Of a stretch of DNA of 64,000 nucleotides, positions 39,331-52,115 are shown piece after piece; the first letter of the stretch is position 1, and each line of letters starts with the position of its first letter. Both the position numbers and the translations under genes were made by a program. The DNA is from Camelus ferus (lineage: Eukaryota): positions 69,690,001 to 69,754,000 of the forward strand of contig NC_045696.1 of the NCBI RefSeq assembly GCF_009834535.1, given 5' to 3'. A model generated the notes under the pieces. It ran no database searches. It saw nothing but the letters and a program-made list of their open reading frames with translations, and was not told where the DNA came from.

Positions 39331-40264
39331 ATTCCTTTCTTCTTTCTTTCACCCCATGGCCATACTTTTGCTAGAGGCAATGAGGGAATGCCTCATTTGT
39401 AATGACATACAAATTGGAGCAGCTGCTGCCAACAGGTCCCCAACCCCGACAACCCCCCGCCCAACATTTTCCCCATGGCCAAAGCAGGGGACCCTGCTCC
39501 TTCCTCTTGTGATCAAGCCCCTACCCACAGTCCTTACAGCCTCCCCAGGTACCTACCCTTCCACAAAATCAGAAAATTCAACTGTTAAACCCTAAGGTCA
39601 GAAAACCATCATTTTCAGGAGAGCAGCGGCAAGTGATATTTGGTGGTACTGTGTTTCTGTTAAATTTTATTCTTACTGCCTATAGTTGGGTCATGGCATG
39701 GCGTCTCATTGCCATGATTCCCACTGTCCCCTATAGTGTTCCATCTGGCTGCTTTGTTCACTTACCTGCCTGGCTCTTGGAAACATTTGGATTTGATATG
39801 CCTGCGACCTCCTGGCGGCTCCCTAGGTTTCCATGCTGGGCTTTCACACTCAAGCCCACCACCCCTGTCCTGGATGCCTTCACACAGTCACAGTCAGCCA
39901 GACCTCTGCTTGTACCCTGGGTCACACCTTGAGTCTGCTTTCTCTTTCTGTACACATACAGGCTTTGGGGATACCCTCTGCGTGACTTCCCCAAGTGCTG
40001 CCTCGTCTTCACCCCATTAGTTTCGCTGTTCTCTTGTGCGTGCATCTGGGAGAAAGGGGCAGCAAGAAACACCTCATTGAAAGTTGTGGTTTCACAGCAT
40101 ATGACTAGATGTGCTTTCACCAGTTTACGAGGGTTGATCTTTATACAGTGTTGCTGGTTAGCGTTTCTAAGGGAAAAATAGGTCCCAAATTCCAGACAAC
40201 TGAGTTCTGAGTGAATTTGATGACCCAATCCTTTCATTAGTTGAGAATTGCATTGAGCAAAGCT

Positions 40265-41160
40265 CTGATGTGGTAGAAAGCTCACAGATGTTGCAGACTT
40301 ACAGACTTGAATTTAAATCCTGGCTCTGCCACCTAGTGATTTTGTGACTGGGCAAATTACCTAAAATCTCTGAAGTATATTTCTTTATCTGTAAAATGAG
40401 GAGATAGTCTTGTTTAGAGTGTTGGTACAAAGATGTAGTGAAAGTATGTGTGTACGCTTCCTATTATAGTGGCTGCTTCCTAGTAAACACACATAAATAA
40501 CAAGCATTATAGTTGCCATAACATAAGGACAAACTAAGATCATCTGTGATATTTGTTAAATTCTAGAAGTATCTTCTTTACATAAAATTTCAATATTATA
40601 ATTAACATATTTTTATTATGGAAAACTGGAGGAAAGAGGGAACTTAAAAGGAGAAAGGGGAAATCCATCAAAATCTCACTCACTATTAAATGAAAACCAC
40701 TTTCAACATCTTGGTGGTTTTCCTCTCAATATTTTACTGTGTCCTTGTATTCTTCACACAATTGGAATTAAGCTCGATATAATGTTATTTCACATCCAAC
40801 ATTTTTCACTTAAAACAGAATAAGCTTTTTCAGTAGAATTATTTACAAATGCTAGTTTTAAAGAATTTAAAATTTAAGGGAACTTTAAAACTATTCAAAA
40901 ATTTAGTTACCCATTCTTTTAATGTTGAACATTTAGCTTATATCCATTTTTTTTTTACTCTCATGAGTAACACTTCCATATAAAATCCTGGAAATTTTGT
41001 TTTTATCTGTGCTAATTTACTTAAAATAGCTCCCTAGAAGTATTGCCAAGTCAAAGGGTGTGCACATTTTTATTCCTCTTGCAACAGTTGGCTGAGTAGC
41101 CCTTCAGAAATGCTCTAACAACTTATACTCTGGGGTGTTTTAAAATTTATGTTCTTGCCT
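40265..41160. mobile_element. MIR (+, about 40265-40510) and L1ME (-, about 40600-41160)
   Basis: tttaaatcctggctctgcc...tttatctgtaaaatgagg, and L1 tcctagaagtattgccaagtcaaaggg. Confidence 0.7.
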
Positions 41161-41823
41161 TCCTGTTCATGTCCACCAGTTGACTCCACTGCCAGGCAAC
41201 AGCTACTTTGGAGAGTGCACAGTGTTTGGGGGCTGCCCAGCAGGCACCTCCTTCTCCTAACAGTGCCCTGAATTCCTTTGGAGGAATTGTCTCTGCCCCT
41301 TGTGCACTTTGGTGGGACATCAGAGTCGGGCGAGTCCCATGGGCGGGAGAGAGGATGCTGGGGAGAGGCCAGCGCCTCGTACCCAGGCTCCACCACACAC
41401 ACACACACCTTGCTGCCAAGCTGGAGCGCTGAGCTCTGTGCTCCTGGGCAGGAGCCTGGGGCCCCCTTTCCATAGAAGGCTCACCCTCAGCCTGAGGGCC
41501 TCCTTCTGTGGTAGGTCGGGTCAGTCCTGGAGCCCTTGAATAATAATACCCTGGCTCTTCCTTTCCTTTCATTAATCCCAAATCAGGCACAGAGAAGGGA
41601 CTTAATCCCACAGCGCCAGGGGCAGGGAAGGTGCCCGGCACATGTTTGTTGACCTGACCGACCATGGTAGGTGGCTGAGAGAGCCTGAAAGAGACAGACT
41701 GAAGGGCTGTAATATGCACCCTATACCTGTCTCCTGAAGCCTGGTCCCCGAGGAAGCCAGCCCCTGGAGGAAGCCCCTGGATGAGGTTGGAGCCACCCTT
41801 TCTCGTGCTAGATGCTAGGCTCG

Positions 41824-41842
41824 TCCTGCCATCTAGTGGTAG
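41824..41842 (-). promoter_or_regulatory. CTCF motif
   Basis: Minus strand CTACCACTAGATGGCAGGA, with core CCACTAGATGGCAG. Confidence 0.65.
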
Positions 41843-43954
41843 GTAAGGGAGATGGCAGGGGCCAGACGCCTGGCAGAGGGAGAGGGCACTGTGAACCTAC
41901 AGCCCAGAAGGCCAGGAGTGGGTGGCAGGTCAGGGGAGACCCGTCAGGCACCTCAGAACACAAGGTGCGTATGAAGGAGGCAAGGGAAGGAATTATTCTT
42001 GATAATTACAGCTACTGTGTACTGAGCTCTTACTATCTGCCCAAGACTGTCCAAAGTGCTTTTTACACTTCCAGTCTTGTAGCCCTCCCAGCAGGCCCTC
42101 GTGAGGATGGGGAAGCTGAAGTCAAGGGACTCGCTCAAGTTCACACAACTAGTCAGTGACAGAGGCTAGATCAAATCCAGCGTTATCTGACTTCATAGCT
42201 TGGGTTTCTAGGAATGTTTCTAGAATCACCAATTCTGCATCCCTTGTGTTCCCTCACCACCACCCCTCACCCTCACCCAACCCATTCCCTGGACAACAGA
42301 AGGTGATTTCATCACCGGGTTGCACAGCCCCATTTCCACCTTCTGTGCCACTTGGGTCCCCAAGTCTACCCTGCGCAACGCCACAGGGGAGCTCTTCTCT
42401 CCCTGGGCCTGGAGACTATGAGGGGTGGGGGTGGGGTGGAGAAAAGAGAAGGTGGTGGTGGAGCGCTTGTCTACCATCAACAAATATTAAGATGTTTTAT
42501 ATTAATTTTCACAGTTCTTTCCCCTTATTGGGTGTGTGAGATGGAGACACAAACTGGGCCCCTATAAGGCATAGTCTCGTTTCAGATCGGCCACTGTAAA
42601 GTCTGCTTCTAAACCCAGAAAGGGTTTCTTGTGCTTTCCAGGAGAGTGGACAGTGGGGCTGGCCCAGGGCTACCCAAGCCTTGTCCCGAAGCCTGAAAGA
42701 ACCGACCTGCCACCCCAGTGAATGTACACGGGGGCCAGGGGATGCAACGGCCCACAGACGCTCCCATGTCGGGGAGGCTGAGCTTTACTTAGGAAGCAGC
42801 ATCCTGCCTTTCTGCCTGGCCCACCCAGGTAAGTAATAAACCACCTATTTTTAGTTTAGGATTTTGTTTTCCTTTTCCCTTTTTAGAAGTGTATCCAGAC
42901 CGTCTCAGGGTTGAGAGCTTGAACTGCAGATTTATCACTCTGGGGAATAAGGAACATGCCCTTTGAAAAGGAGAGTGGTCCTCAAATTGACTGTGATTTG
43001 CCCCAAGAATCAAAACTTGTCTGCAACAACTTCAGCATCATTTATTCAACAAATATTTACTACTTGACGCTTCAAGTGACAAAAAGGCTAATGTTTGTCA
43101 TTGCTAAGCTTCCTCTTCTGAGCCAGATCTGAGACCACCGTGTCCTCCCTCACAGGTGCCAGCCCCCTGTCCTTGCTCAGCCACTCCCAGCCTGGTCCGC
43201 TGCCTGCCCCAGAGTGGCAGGGGCTCACCTCCTCTCCTAGAAGTGATATTCTCTCACCCTTTAAGTACCAGCTGCTGGTTCTTACCACTCTCCAGCCCAA
43301 GCACCTGTTTATTTCCCTTTTCTTGTAATGGTATGACCAATTAACTTTCGTTACTCATTTAGTCAATCAGCATTTACTGATCACCTATCATGTGCCAGGC
43401 CCTGGGATAAAGACGGTGTAAGTCTTTCACAGCCAAGAGGAAGACTAGTAAACAAGGCAATTCCAATATGGGGTAGAAAATGCTAAGCCAGAGACACACA
43501 AAGATATTAAGGGGGCCCTTCCATCGCCTTCTGCTTCCACTTCCCTACCTTTCCCCAGGGTTGCCCCCAAGCTCCTGGCCTCCACCCATTGCAGAGCCTC
43601 TGGGCTTCACTTGCGAGATGGCCCCTCTTGCCCTGGCATGACACAAACCCACCCACAAACTGAAAAGGAGCCATCGTGGCCTTGGAGAGTGGACCACTCC
43701 GATAAGAAAACACACAGGAGGGAGAGGTCCACAGACCCACCACTGGTGCTGGTGCTAAAAAGCAAGTTTGTGGGATGGATAAATGAGGGTTAGATGAATG
43801 AAAAGATGATTAACTGAATGACGACTCAGTCAGTGATTTAATGAATGCATCAGAGAGTGAGCTTCCAACCTTGAAGCAAAACTGAATTTCAGTTTCCAAC
43901 ACTTGTGCTTGTTCATTGAACACCATGTTCCCCAGAAACCCATCTACAAACATT

Positions 43955-43960
43955 TTTATT
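43955..43960 (-). terminator. Putative poly(A) signal AATAAA of the NMRAL2-like gene
   Basis: tttatt on the + strand, about 470 nt downstream of the stop codon in non-repeat sequence. Confidence 0.55.
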
Positions 43961-44427
43961 TAAAGAAGTTAAAATCACTTAAAACTTCGCTGAAAATGTA
44001 ACAATGCACTTTAAAAAAAATGAAATTGCCTGAGGGAGCTCCAGAGACAGGCCTCAGGATCACTTATGCAGAGAAAGTTGAGTATGTCCCCCGCCCCCTT
44101 CGTGTAAGGAAAGAAGCTCCAAGCTGCTCAGGCCAGAGCCTTTTAAGGCAACTTGGCTGCTGGGGAGAGACAGTTGCAAAAGGTGAGAGGTTGGGGCGTC
44201 TCACTTAACCAACCAGGTGTACCACACTTATCAGTAGCTGGAAAGTCATACAGGGGTCAGATCACTTCTGCAGTGTTTCCTACTGAAGAGAGAAGTGCAG
44301 GGAAACCTTTGGTGGTAGAAGCAATCGTGTTCGAACCTGTCTATTCTGTCAGTGTAGATCCTGTGCTGTAAAGAGGACCAGATCTGGGAGGAAGGACTTT
44401 GTGTGACCAGGCATCTGTGTGAACAGC

Positions 44428-44607
44428 TTAAATGCCCTTGAAGGCTTCCTGGTTCTCTGAGATAAACTGGCTGAAGCTTTTGACTTTGGGGTTTAGTCGG
44501 TGGGTGAGCTCCATATCACAGTCTGGCTTCATTTGATAGAAACGACACATGTTGGCTACTTCCTTCGCTGCAGGAAATCCCAGCTTCTCATAGGCTTCCG
44601 GGGTGAT
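44428..44607 (-). pseudogene. NMRAL2P: NMRAL2-like last coding exon, open: ITPEAYEKLGFPAAKEVANMCRFYQMKPDCDMELTHRLNPKVKSFSQFISENQEAFKGI*
   Basis: Acceptor cttaaaag|ATC, then 59 codons plus TAA. It aligns to the NMRAL1 C-terminus ([24 protein letters not shown]...LNPK). Confidence 0.96.
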
Positions 44608-44700
44608 CTTTTAAGAACAAGCTGAAAAAAAAAAAAAACAGGCAATATTATAGCCCTCATTTAGAATAGTTTGAGAAGAAATTCTTCACCTTTGTGATAA

Positions 44701-45028
44701 TACAGTCCACAATTCTTTAGCCTAGCTCCAAAACTCAAGTCACATTTAAGTTTTTTAAGTGAGCAATTTGGCAGCAAACTGACTTTTCTAAACTAATTTG
44801 GTGGCAAAACCTGATCTGAATTTATGAGAATTTTTTTAATGGTCTTTATCCCATTTAGTGGAAATAGATATTTTTCTGTAGAGATATTGATATGTTTGAT
44901 TATAAGGCCCGGCCCCTGATGGTGATATTACATAATGTATGTAGATACAACCTTATCTAAAAACAGAAAGATTCTGAAAGCCGAACTTCTTCTGGCCCCA
45001 AGCATTTGTAAGGTACCATGGATCTGTA
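44701..45028. mobile_element. MER46C-like TcMar-Tigger MITE
   Basis: TA-flanked tacagtccac...ggatctgta, containing tttggtggcaaaacctgatctgaa and tctggccccaagcattt. Confidence 0.7.
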
Positions 45029-45197
45029 GCCACCTCACCTTTCATATACACTTCCTCATGGGATTCCCTCAGCAGCCCTCCAAGATATTCTGTCCAGCCA
45101 GTCCTCCCTGCAGTGTCAAGGCACTGGGTTCCTGCCCTTCCCTCCTGGCTGAGGTCCCCTCCATCATCACTCGCTGCCTTGATTAGAAATGAGCATC

Positions 45198-45305
45198 CCA
45201 TAAAGATTCTAAATACCTTTGAACTGTACACCTTAAACAGGTGGATTTTATGGAGTGCAAATTATATCTCAATAAAGAGTTTTTTAAGTCAAAAAAAAAG
45301 AAAAA
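45198..45305 (+). mobile_element. ~110-bp L1 3' tip with poly(A) and TSD
   Basis: ttgaactgtacaccttaaa...aattatatctcaataaag plus an A-tail. TSD agaaatgagcatc at 45185-45197/45306-45318. Confidence 0.85.
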
Positions 45306-46056
45306 AGAAATGAGCATCTTGACTTCAGCCATCCCAGCCTCTGCCAGGGCCAGACCACCAAATGCTGCTCATCACATACCCACTGAGCCACCTTCTGTCA
45401 CCTTCCACAAAACCAACCCCTTGAGGAAAAAAGACAGATGATACTGGGTCCAATAGTTAGGAATGGTCTTACCTTCACTCAGGCAGGGGATCTGTTGGTC
45501 TGGTTTAGTGGCAGAAGGGACTCAAGGTAGAGAGTGATGCTCATACTGTAATGTCAAGTTAAAAAATGGTACATATCATGCTGTTTTAATTTTATTATGA
45601 ATATACTGGAAAAAGACTAGAAGAAAATGTGCAAATCTTAATGGTTCCTATCTCTGACAGATCGAACAATGGGATTTTTATTTTCTTTTCTATAATGTTC
45701 TGTATTTTCTGCAATTAGCATTCGTTACCTTTGAAATCTGCAAAAGATGTTTACATTTTAGTGACTTTGGAAATAAATGGAAGACTAGAAGAGAAGATGA
45801 CTTTACAATGTCTGTGTCCTTGAGTCACTCCCTCAGGACAATAAGGGATTCTTTTCTGTAGATTTTCAAAGGAAAGAGATTTACTCTGTGTGTCTCACTT
45901 TCTGAAAGAACCATGTTTCTTTTAGGGGTAGACAGGCAGTTTCAGGCAGATCAGAGTTTCTGATGGGAGTTTGTTCTGGGACCTGCCGCTTCACTGAAGG
46001 TATTAAGCAAACAGCTTCCTCTCCAGCCTGGGGAAAATGTCAGCCTGCCGGTGCTG

Positions 46057-46075
46057 GAGCGCCACCTTGTGGCCA
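46057..46075 (-). promoter_or_regulatory. CTCF motif
   Basis: Minus strand TGGCCACAAGGTGGCGCTC versus consensus TGGCCACCAGGGGGCGCTA. It lies in non-repeat sequence of the last intron. Confidence 0.7.
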
Positions 46076-46778
46076 CAGGCATCCTTCCCCAGGGTAGCGA
46101 GCAACCTAAGCATTTTCCCACTCCAGACCAACCGCCAGAGGCTTCTGAGTTACTAATAACAGCATTAACTGTTCTGTAGAAATTCCAGCCTCTGATGCTC
46201 TAAAACTTTGGGTGCCAGAGAAGTTTCTGTGGCACTGTGAAACAACTTGATGTACCAAAAATAGTGAGAAACCAGGTATGTGACTGAGAGATGGCTTGGA
46301 TGGCCCTGGGTCTACACAGTCCTCTGAGAATGAACGCACCCGCATATGCCCACACCGCTCCACCTTTCTGCCCTCCTTTTTTACAGAGTTCAAACCCCGC
46401 AGACAAAAATGAATAGAAAGCCCAAATACAAATGCCCTGGGAGAGGGGTCCGTCACTGAAAAGTAAATTTGCACCCAGGTATAAGGGACTTGGCACATCT
46501 TCTCCTAAGTCCGTCTTTTGAGTGTGTGGGGCTTCCTGGGTTTGGGAGTAACATTTCCTCCATGATATTTGTGTGCGTTTCAGTGAGATCCCCGGATGTA
46601 GTTTTCTGGCTGGACTGACAGCTGCAACAGTTTTCCCCAAAAATCTCTTAGCCTCCTCACAGCTCCAGGACTTGAGGTGAATTGGGAATCTATACCACTT
46701 CAAGACTCACTAGCCCAAGAGTTGCAGAGGCAAACAAAAACCAACCCTCTATCCCTAACTCCAGGAAACATTCCAGGG

Positions 46779-46955
46779 CAGGGGTCAACACACTTTTTCT
46801 TAACAGGCTAGATGTAAATATCTTGGGCTTTCTGGTCACGTGGTCTCTATAGCAACTACTCAGCTCTACTGTTGTATCGTGAAAACAGCCAAAGACAATA
46901 CATAAACAAAGGTGTGGCTGTGTTCTGGTGCATCTTTATTTACAAAAGCAAGCTT
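46779..46955 (+). mobile_element. MER58A-like MITE
   Basis: caggggtcaacacactttttc...caactactcagctctactg...gtgtggctgtgttc...tttatttacaaaa. Confidence 0.85.
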
Positions 46956-48085
46956 GAACTCTGTAAGGAAGAAGGGACCCATACTCTGGAGAGATGTTAG
47001 TGCCGGGTGGGACCTTATAAATCATCCAGACCACACTCTCCTTTCACAGATGGGCGAACAGCAGCCAGGAGAGGCCAAGAGCTGTATAAGTTAACACCTG
47101 CCAGCCTGGGGTCCTCCTTTCAGCTGTGACGGTGTCTCTGCCAGGCACACACAAACACACACTTCCTTCTCAGAAACCCCGTTCTCTCTCCTTCCTGTTA
47201 TCAACACCTGCTTGGAGAAGTGGCTGAGGGTAGTCAGTATCATCCATTCCCCTCCCTTCTCTAGAAAAAGTCTGTCCGAGTCATACTCAAATCTAGGCCA
47301 TTCCAGCCTCATCAGCTATTGAGGGCTTCCTACATGCCAAACCCCGTGCCAGGCACCTTAGGATTGTTGCGAGGATGCAATAGGCATCATCCTAAGAGAC
47401 AGGTGTAATAACCCTTCTTAACAGAGGTAAAGTAACTTGCTGAGATTCCACAAACAAGGGCAGGGCCAGGATTTGATTACTTCTCCAAACTACCTCTGGT
47501 TCATTCCTGTTGATTCTAGAATTTAGCCAGGCCAGCTCTGTCACTCCCTCTATCCACACCCAGTCTTGACCACCTCAAGGCTACCTCTTCCATGAAGCCT
47601 TCTCTTACCCTCTCTGATCACCTAGAGCAAAGAGAGCACAGACAACACAATTAAGCCCCCATAGCATCCTGTTTTATACTTATCACCGTCACTTCCTTTG
47701 CGTTAGCATTTTCACCCAACTCCATTGTAAACTCCTCAGAGAGAGCAGGTACAGAGCAGGTACTTGATATATACTTACATCTTGGCACATATGCTTGATC
47801 TATAATGCTTGCCAAACACTATGCTAAGCTCCTTAAATATATCCTCTCTAATTTTCACACAACGTCCTGAGGTAGATGCTCTTATCCACTTTACGAATGA
47901 GGAAGCTGAGACTCAGAGAGGCTCAGTGCCTTGCCCACAGCGGGGTGAACTCCGGCAGACTGGCCTGATCAACAGTGAGTGCTTGTCAGACGACAGTTGG
48001 GACAGTGCATATGAAAACGTTGTATGTCGGACTTCAGAGTCTAAGTTCTTTCCACCCAAAATAAATTTTACTTTAATGAGCTGAT

Positions 48086-48198
48086 GGGGGGTGGGGGATA
48101 ATAGCTCAGTGGTAGAGTGAGTACTTAGCATGTACGGGGTCCTGGGTTCAGTACCCAGTACCTCCACCAAAAAAAAAATACAGGAAAAAAAAAAACCA
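48086..48198 (+). mobile_element. Vic-1-like SINE (short form) in an NMRAL2-like intron
   Basis: tRNA-like head and A-tail. TSD agctgat at 48079-48085/48199-48205. Confidence 0.9.
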
Positions 48199-48411
48199 AG
48201 CTGATTAACCTGAAGCCAAAGAAATAAAGTCATAAATGTGGGATTCAGATGCACCAACAGATGAAAACCGATTTGTGGAACTGGAATCCTCTTCAGTTTC
48301 TTCCGACAGCCTAAGCTCAACCCTGCCCAAATCCGTCGAAAGTCTACCAGAATTTGTAAGTTAGTGGGATGTGGCCCCTTGTGATCATGTTTATGTCTCT
48401 TAAGAACTCAC

Positions 48412-48601
48412 CTTCACATGTTGGACTTCTTTCCTCAAACTCTTGGACAAAACATCAGCAAGTTGCTGTATCGTTAGTGCTTCTCACTGAGGCCCACAGC
48501 TTTGCCTATGAACTCCTCTGGAGAATTAAAGATGCTAGCAATGGCTGCTCCAGCGTCAGTAACAGGGATGCCATGTAGTGGTATGTCTCCCCCAGGCAGT
48601 G
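48412..48601 (-). pseudogene. NMRAL2P: NMRAL2-like coding exon 4 with 1-nt frameshift: ALPGGDIPLHGIPVTDAGAAIASIFNSPEEFIGKAVGLS/EALTIQQLADVLSKSLRKEVQHVK
   Basis: Acceptor (t)n-aactag|CA, donor AAG|gtgagt. It is 190 nt against 191 expected. AGT GA GAA at about 48485 lacks one base, and the shifted frame reads AGT GAG AAG CAC TAA. Confidence 0.95.
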
Positions 48602-48809
48602 CTAGTTAAAAAAAAAAAAAAAAGGATAAAAATTGCTAATTACTTCCCATCCTTGGTAGGGCCCACCAACCTGAATTAGTCAACCACTTAAACAAAAAGT
48701 TCCCATGAGTTAAGCAGGAGTTCCCATACTTTTTGTGAGTGGCCACCATCTATGCACAGTTATAAAGTTTGTTTGAGAAAATACCATAATACCTGAGTGT
48801 TGATTTTTT

Positions 48810-49845
48810 TAAGCCACCATTTACTGAGCATCTCCTGTGTGCAAAGTACCATTAATTGTATCTCTAACCCAGACATCTCTGCTTAACTCCAGACTCATAT
48901 GTCCAACTTTTTACCCAACATCCTTACTTAACTATTTAATAGACATTTTAAACTTAACGTTCTCCAAGAGGAATTTCTACACAACCTGCTCCCACTATGG
49001 ACTTCCCCATCTCGGTTAATGGCAACTTCATCATTCCACTTTCTCAAGTCAGAAACCTTGGAATCAGCTTTGACATTTCTCTCCCACCCATATTCTTTTT
49101 TTGGTGGTGGGGGGGGGAGTCCTACTCCTAGTATTTCCAGAATCTGACAACTTCTCACCATCTCCCCCACTACCACCATGATCCAAGCCACTGTCATCTC
49201 TGACTTGGATTATTGCAGAGTTGGTTTCCTTGTTTCAACTCTTGCCCTTCCATAGTCTCTTTTCAACACAGAAGTTGTGGTGATTCTGTAAAAAACTGAA
49301 GTCAATTCATGTCATGTCTGCCCAGTACCCTCCAATGGCTCCCTGTGTCTCTCAGAAGAAAAGCCAGTAGCTTACAGGATCAGACCCTCTATTAGCTATG
49401 GCCTTGCCTCCTGCTACCCTCCCCTCCCCTCAAACCCCCAACTTGCTCTGTTTCAGCCACACCGGCTGTTCTCTCTGCCTGGAAAGCTCTCCTGAACATT
49501 CACAAAGCCCATTATTTACCTCCGTCAGAGGTTGCTCAGATGTCACCTTCTCAAAGAGGCCCACCCATCACCTCATTTAAATTCCACCCACCACCCCCTG
49601 ACTGCTGGCACTCCACGCATACCTTACTCTGCCTGATTTTTTTCTAGAGTACTTGCTTACCACCTTTAACATACAATAAATTTTACTTGTCTGTTGTGTT
49701 TATTATCCAGTTTCTCCCCCAGACTATGAGCTTCATGAGAGCAGAGCCTTGTCTGTTTTGAGCTCTTTATTACTGATTCCCTAGTAAGTGACTAGCACAT
49801 GATAGGCCCTCAAATATGTATTGAATGAATGAATGAATGAATGAA
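48810..49845 (+). mobile_element. L2 3' ~1 kb
   Basis: aactccagactcatatgtccaac and ccatctcggttaatggcaact, ending (tgaa)n. Confidence 0.85.
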
Positions 49846-51520
49846 CAAGCAAATACATTGGCTGGTTTGATCCTCAAAGCAACCTGGGAACATAGAAATA
49901 TCAGGTACTTGCCTGAGGTTACTCAGCAAGAAAGCAGCAGAAGGGGGTTCAAACCCTCACCCATCACTCCACAGCCTGTGCCATTCCTGCAGCCTCTCAC
50001 AGAGTCCCAGCAGCCCAGAGTCAGGAGTCTGGAACCCAATGTGGACATGGTCTTGCCACAGAAATCTCATTTTTTAACTGAAGAAACTAAGTCTATTGAC
50101 TCACCCATAACAGGCCAGGACAAGAATCAAGGTCTCTGAATTTCAATCCAGTGTAAAAGTGACTTCAGGCTTAGCAGCCAGCGACTAAATATCATATTTT
50201 GTCTTTTGAAGCAAAATTAACTTCCTGTCTGAGTTTCTTAGTAGGCAAAATACTTGCTCATTCCTCTGCTTAAATTATAATTGTAATTTCTATTTGTAAA
50301 GTAGTTTGAGTTTTTTGAGGCACTCAGAGTCAAGTTTGTTCTGACTTTGAGGTTTGTTTTTATCTGAACGTCAAGTTTCTTGAGCTGAGTTTAAAAGCAG
50401 CTAAGGGACAGTGGTTAAAAAGATATATGATTCTGGAGCCAGACTATGTTCAAGTCCTGGTTGTGCCTGATTAGTGATCTTGGGAAAGTTAATCTATCTG
50501 TGCCTCAGTTTCCTCATCTGTAAAATGGATGCCAAACACTCAGTGAGTACTTAGTAAATGTCAGCTATTCCTTTAGGGCAGGATGAGGCTCAGGGATATC
50601 TGAGGCTAGGTTTTACAGGTTTGCAGACTCCAAATGGGGCTGGGTACCAGCAAAAGTTTAAGACATCGCCTCTTCACCCAGGCCAATGTGACCCACAGAT
50701 TACAACGGTCTGGTTCAAGACCTGGGAAACATCAGGTGGTGTCATAGGAGGAAAGGGGATTGAAGAGAGGCATCACATTTATACATTTATACATTTATTT
50801 GGTCACTTGTTGAACTATTACCCAAGTCGTCTGTGATGTGTGGCAGGTGCTCCAGGCTCTAGCTCAGGTCTACTTTGCCACTAGTCAGACCCCTGGTGAG
50901 TCTTAATTATGTGCCCAGGAAGGAAAACTGACCTGCTGCCACTGATTCTCCCATATTCCCTCCATTCTTCAGAGCCACCTCATACTGTGGGCAAAGAAAT
51001 GTCCCCAAAGGGCAGGGGAAGGCTGGCCAGTGGATTGGCAGCATTGGCATTACCAGGAGTCATTGTTAAAACTGCAGTCTTCCAGGCTCAGTTATGGACT
51101 CAGACTCTGCAGGCAGGGCTGGAAACCAATCCCCAGGGAGTCAGGGTCACCCCCCCACCCCCGGGACCCAGATCAAGAGGAGAACTCTTGATAGATAAGC
51201 TCAAAGGGGAAGTTTGTCCAACTTTCCCATTCGACGGTAGAAAACTCAGGCTGGAGGTCACATGGCCCACTACTCCTAGGAGAAGCTCAGTACGACAAGA
51301 CTGGGAGTGTAATCCTTTGTGCTTCCAGCCGGAGATGCAGCTCTCTGGGAAGTTAGGACAAAGTGGTATCCCTCTCAGCACTTTGCACAGAGCGGAGCAG
51401 ACAGCAGGCAAGCAGATGGTGTGTGTTCACCGAAGAGAGGAGGAGAGGAAAGAGGAGGGAGGGGAGTGGCAGAGAGGACAGCAGGTGTCTGGTTAACTTT
51501 CGCAGCAACCTTCCGTTTAC

Positions 51521-51719
51521 CCAAGGTGTAGTCATCTCCATCAGAGGCTTTCGCCAGCCTCCAGAGGCTGAGAAACTTTTCAAAGTAAGGGCACGTGGAC
51601 GCTGGTCATAGGAACACCGATGGACCAGAAATACACCACTGCCTCTCCCTTCCCGTCAAACCCGTGAATACCACGGACTTCAGGCCCAGGAGCTTGGCCG
51701 CATCGGCCACCAGCTTTCC
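51521..51719 (-). pseudogene. NMRAL2P: NMRAL2-like coding exon 3, disrupted: GKLVADAAKLLGLKSVVFTG/FDGKGEAVVYFWSIGVPMTSVHVP/YFEKFLSLWRLAKASDGDDYTL
   Basis: Acceptor ccccttag|GGA, donor TTG G|gtaaac. It is 199 nt against about 250 expected. There is an inferred 49-nt deletion at 51661/51660 and a 2-nt deletion near 51588, with TGA at 51608-51606 in the shifted frame. Confidence 0.95.
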
Positions 51720-52075
51720 CTAAGGGGCAAATGGAGACGCCTTAGAGAGACGGCTGAATTTGCAGACAGACTGGAGGGCAGGTGCTGGGTCCCCTGCACC
51801 CCCTTCTTTGCTTACTGTCCTCCTTGGAGAGGGAGCTCTTCCAGCATCGAAATATATTCAGGTTATCATGTGAGAGGCCGAGTATCAGTGAGCAGAGGCT
51901 CCGCTGGTAACCTGGTGGGAACAGTCAGGAACATTTGGCCCCTTCTCCTGGACTCAGTAACTTTTTGATAACTACCCTCAACTATCCTCAGGGATACCTC
52001 AGAAAACAGTGTATAATATTTTCTGGTAACAGATATATGCACACCATTTGGATATTGAGGGCATAATGGAGGGAG

Positions 52076-52076
<1 letters not shown>

Positions 52077-52110
<34 letters not shown>
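52077..52110 (+). repeat. (CA)n microsatellite
   Basis: Direct reading. Confidence 0.97.

Positions 52111-52115
<5 letters not shown>

Noticed and set aside
50909..51496. 195-aa ORF (+)
   Set aside because: No recognisable domain, it lies antisense in an intron, and its composition is typical of a chance GC-rich ORF.
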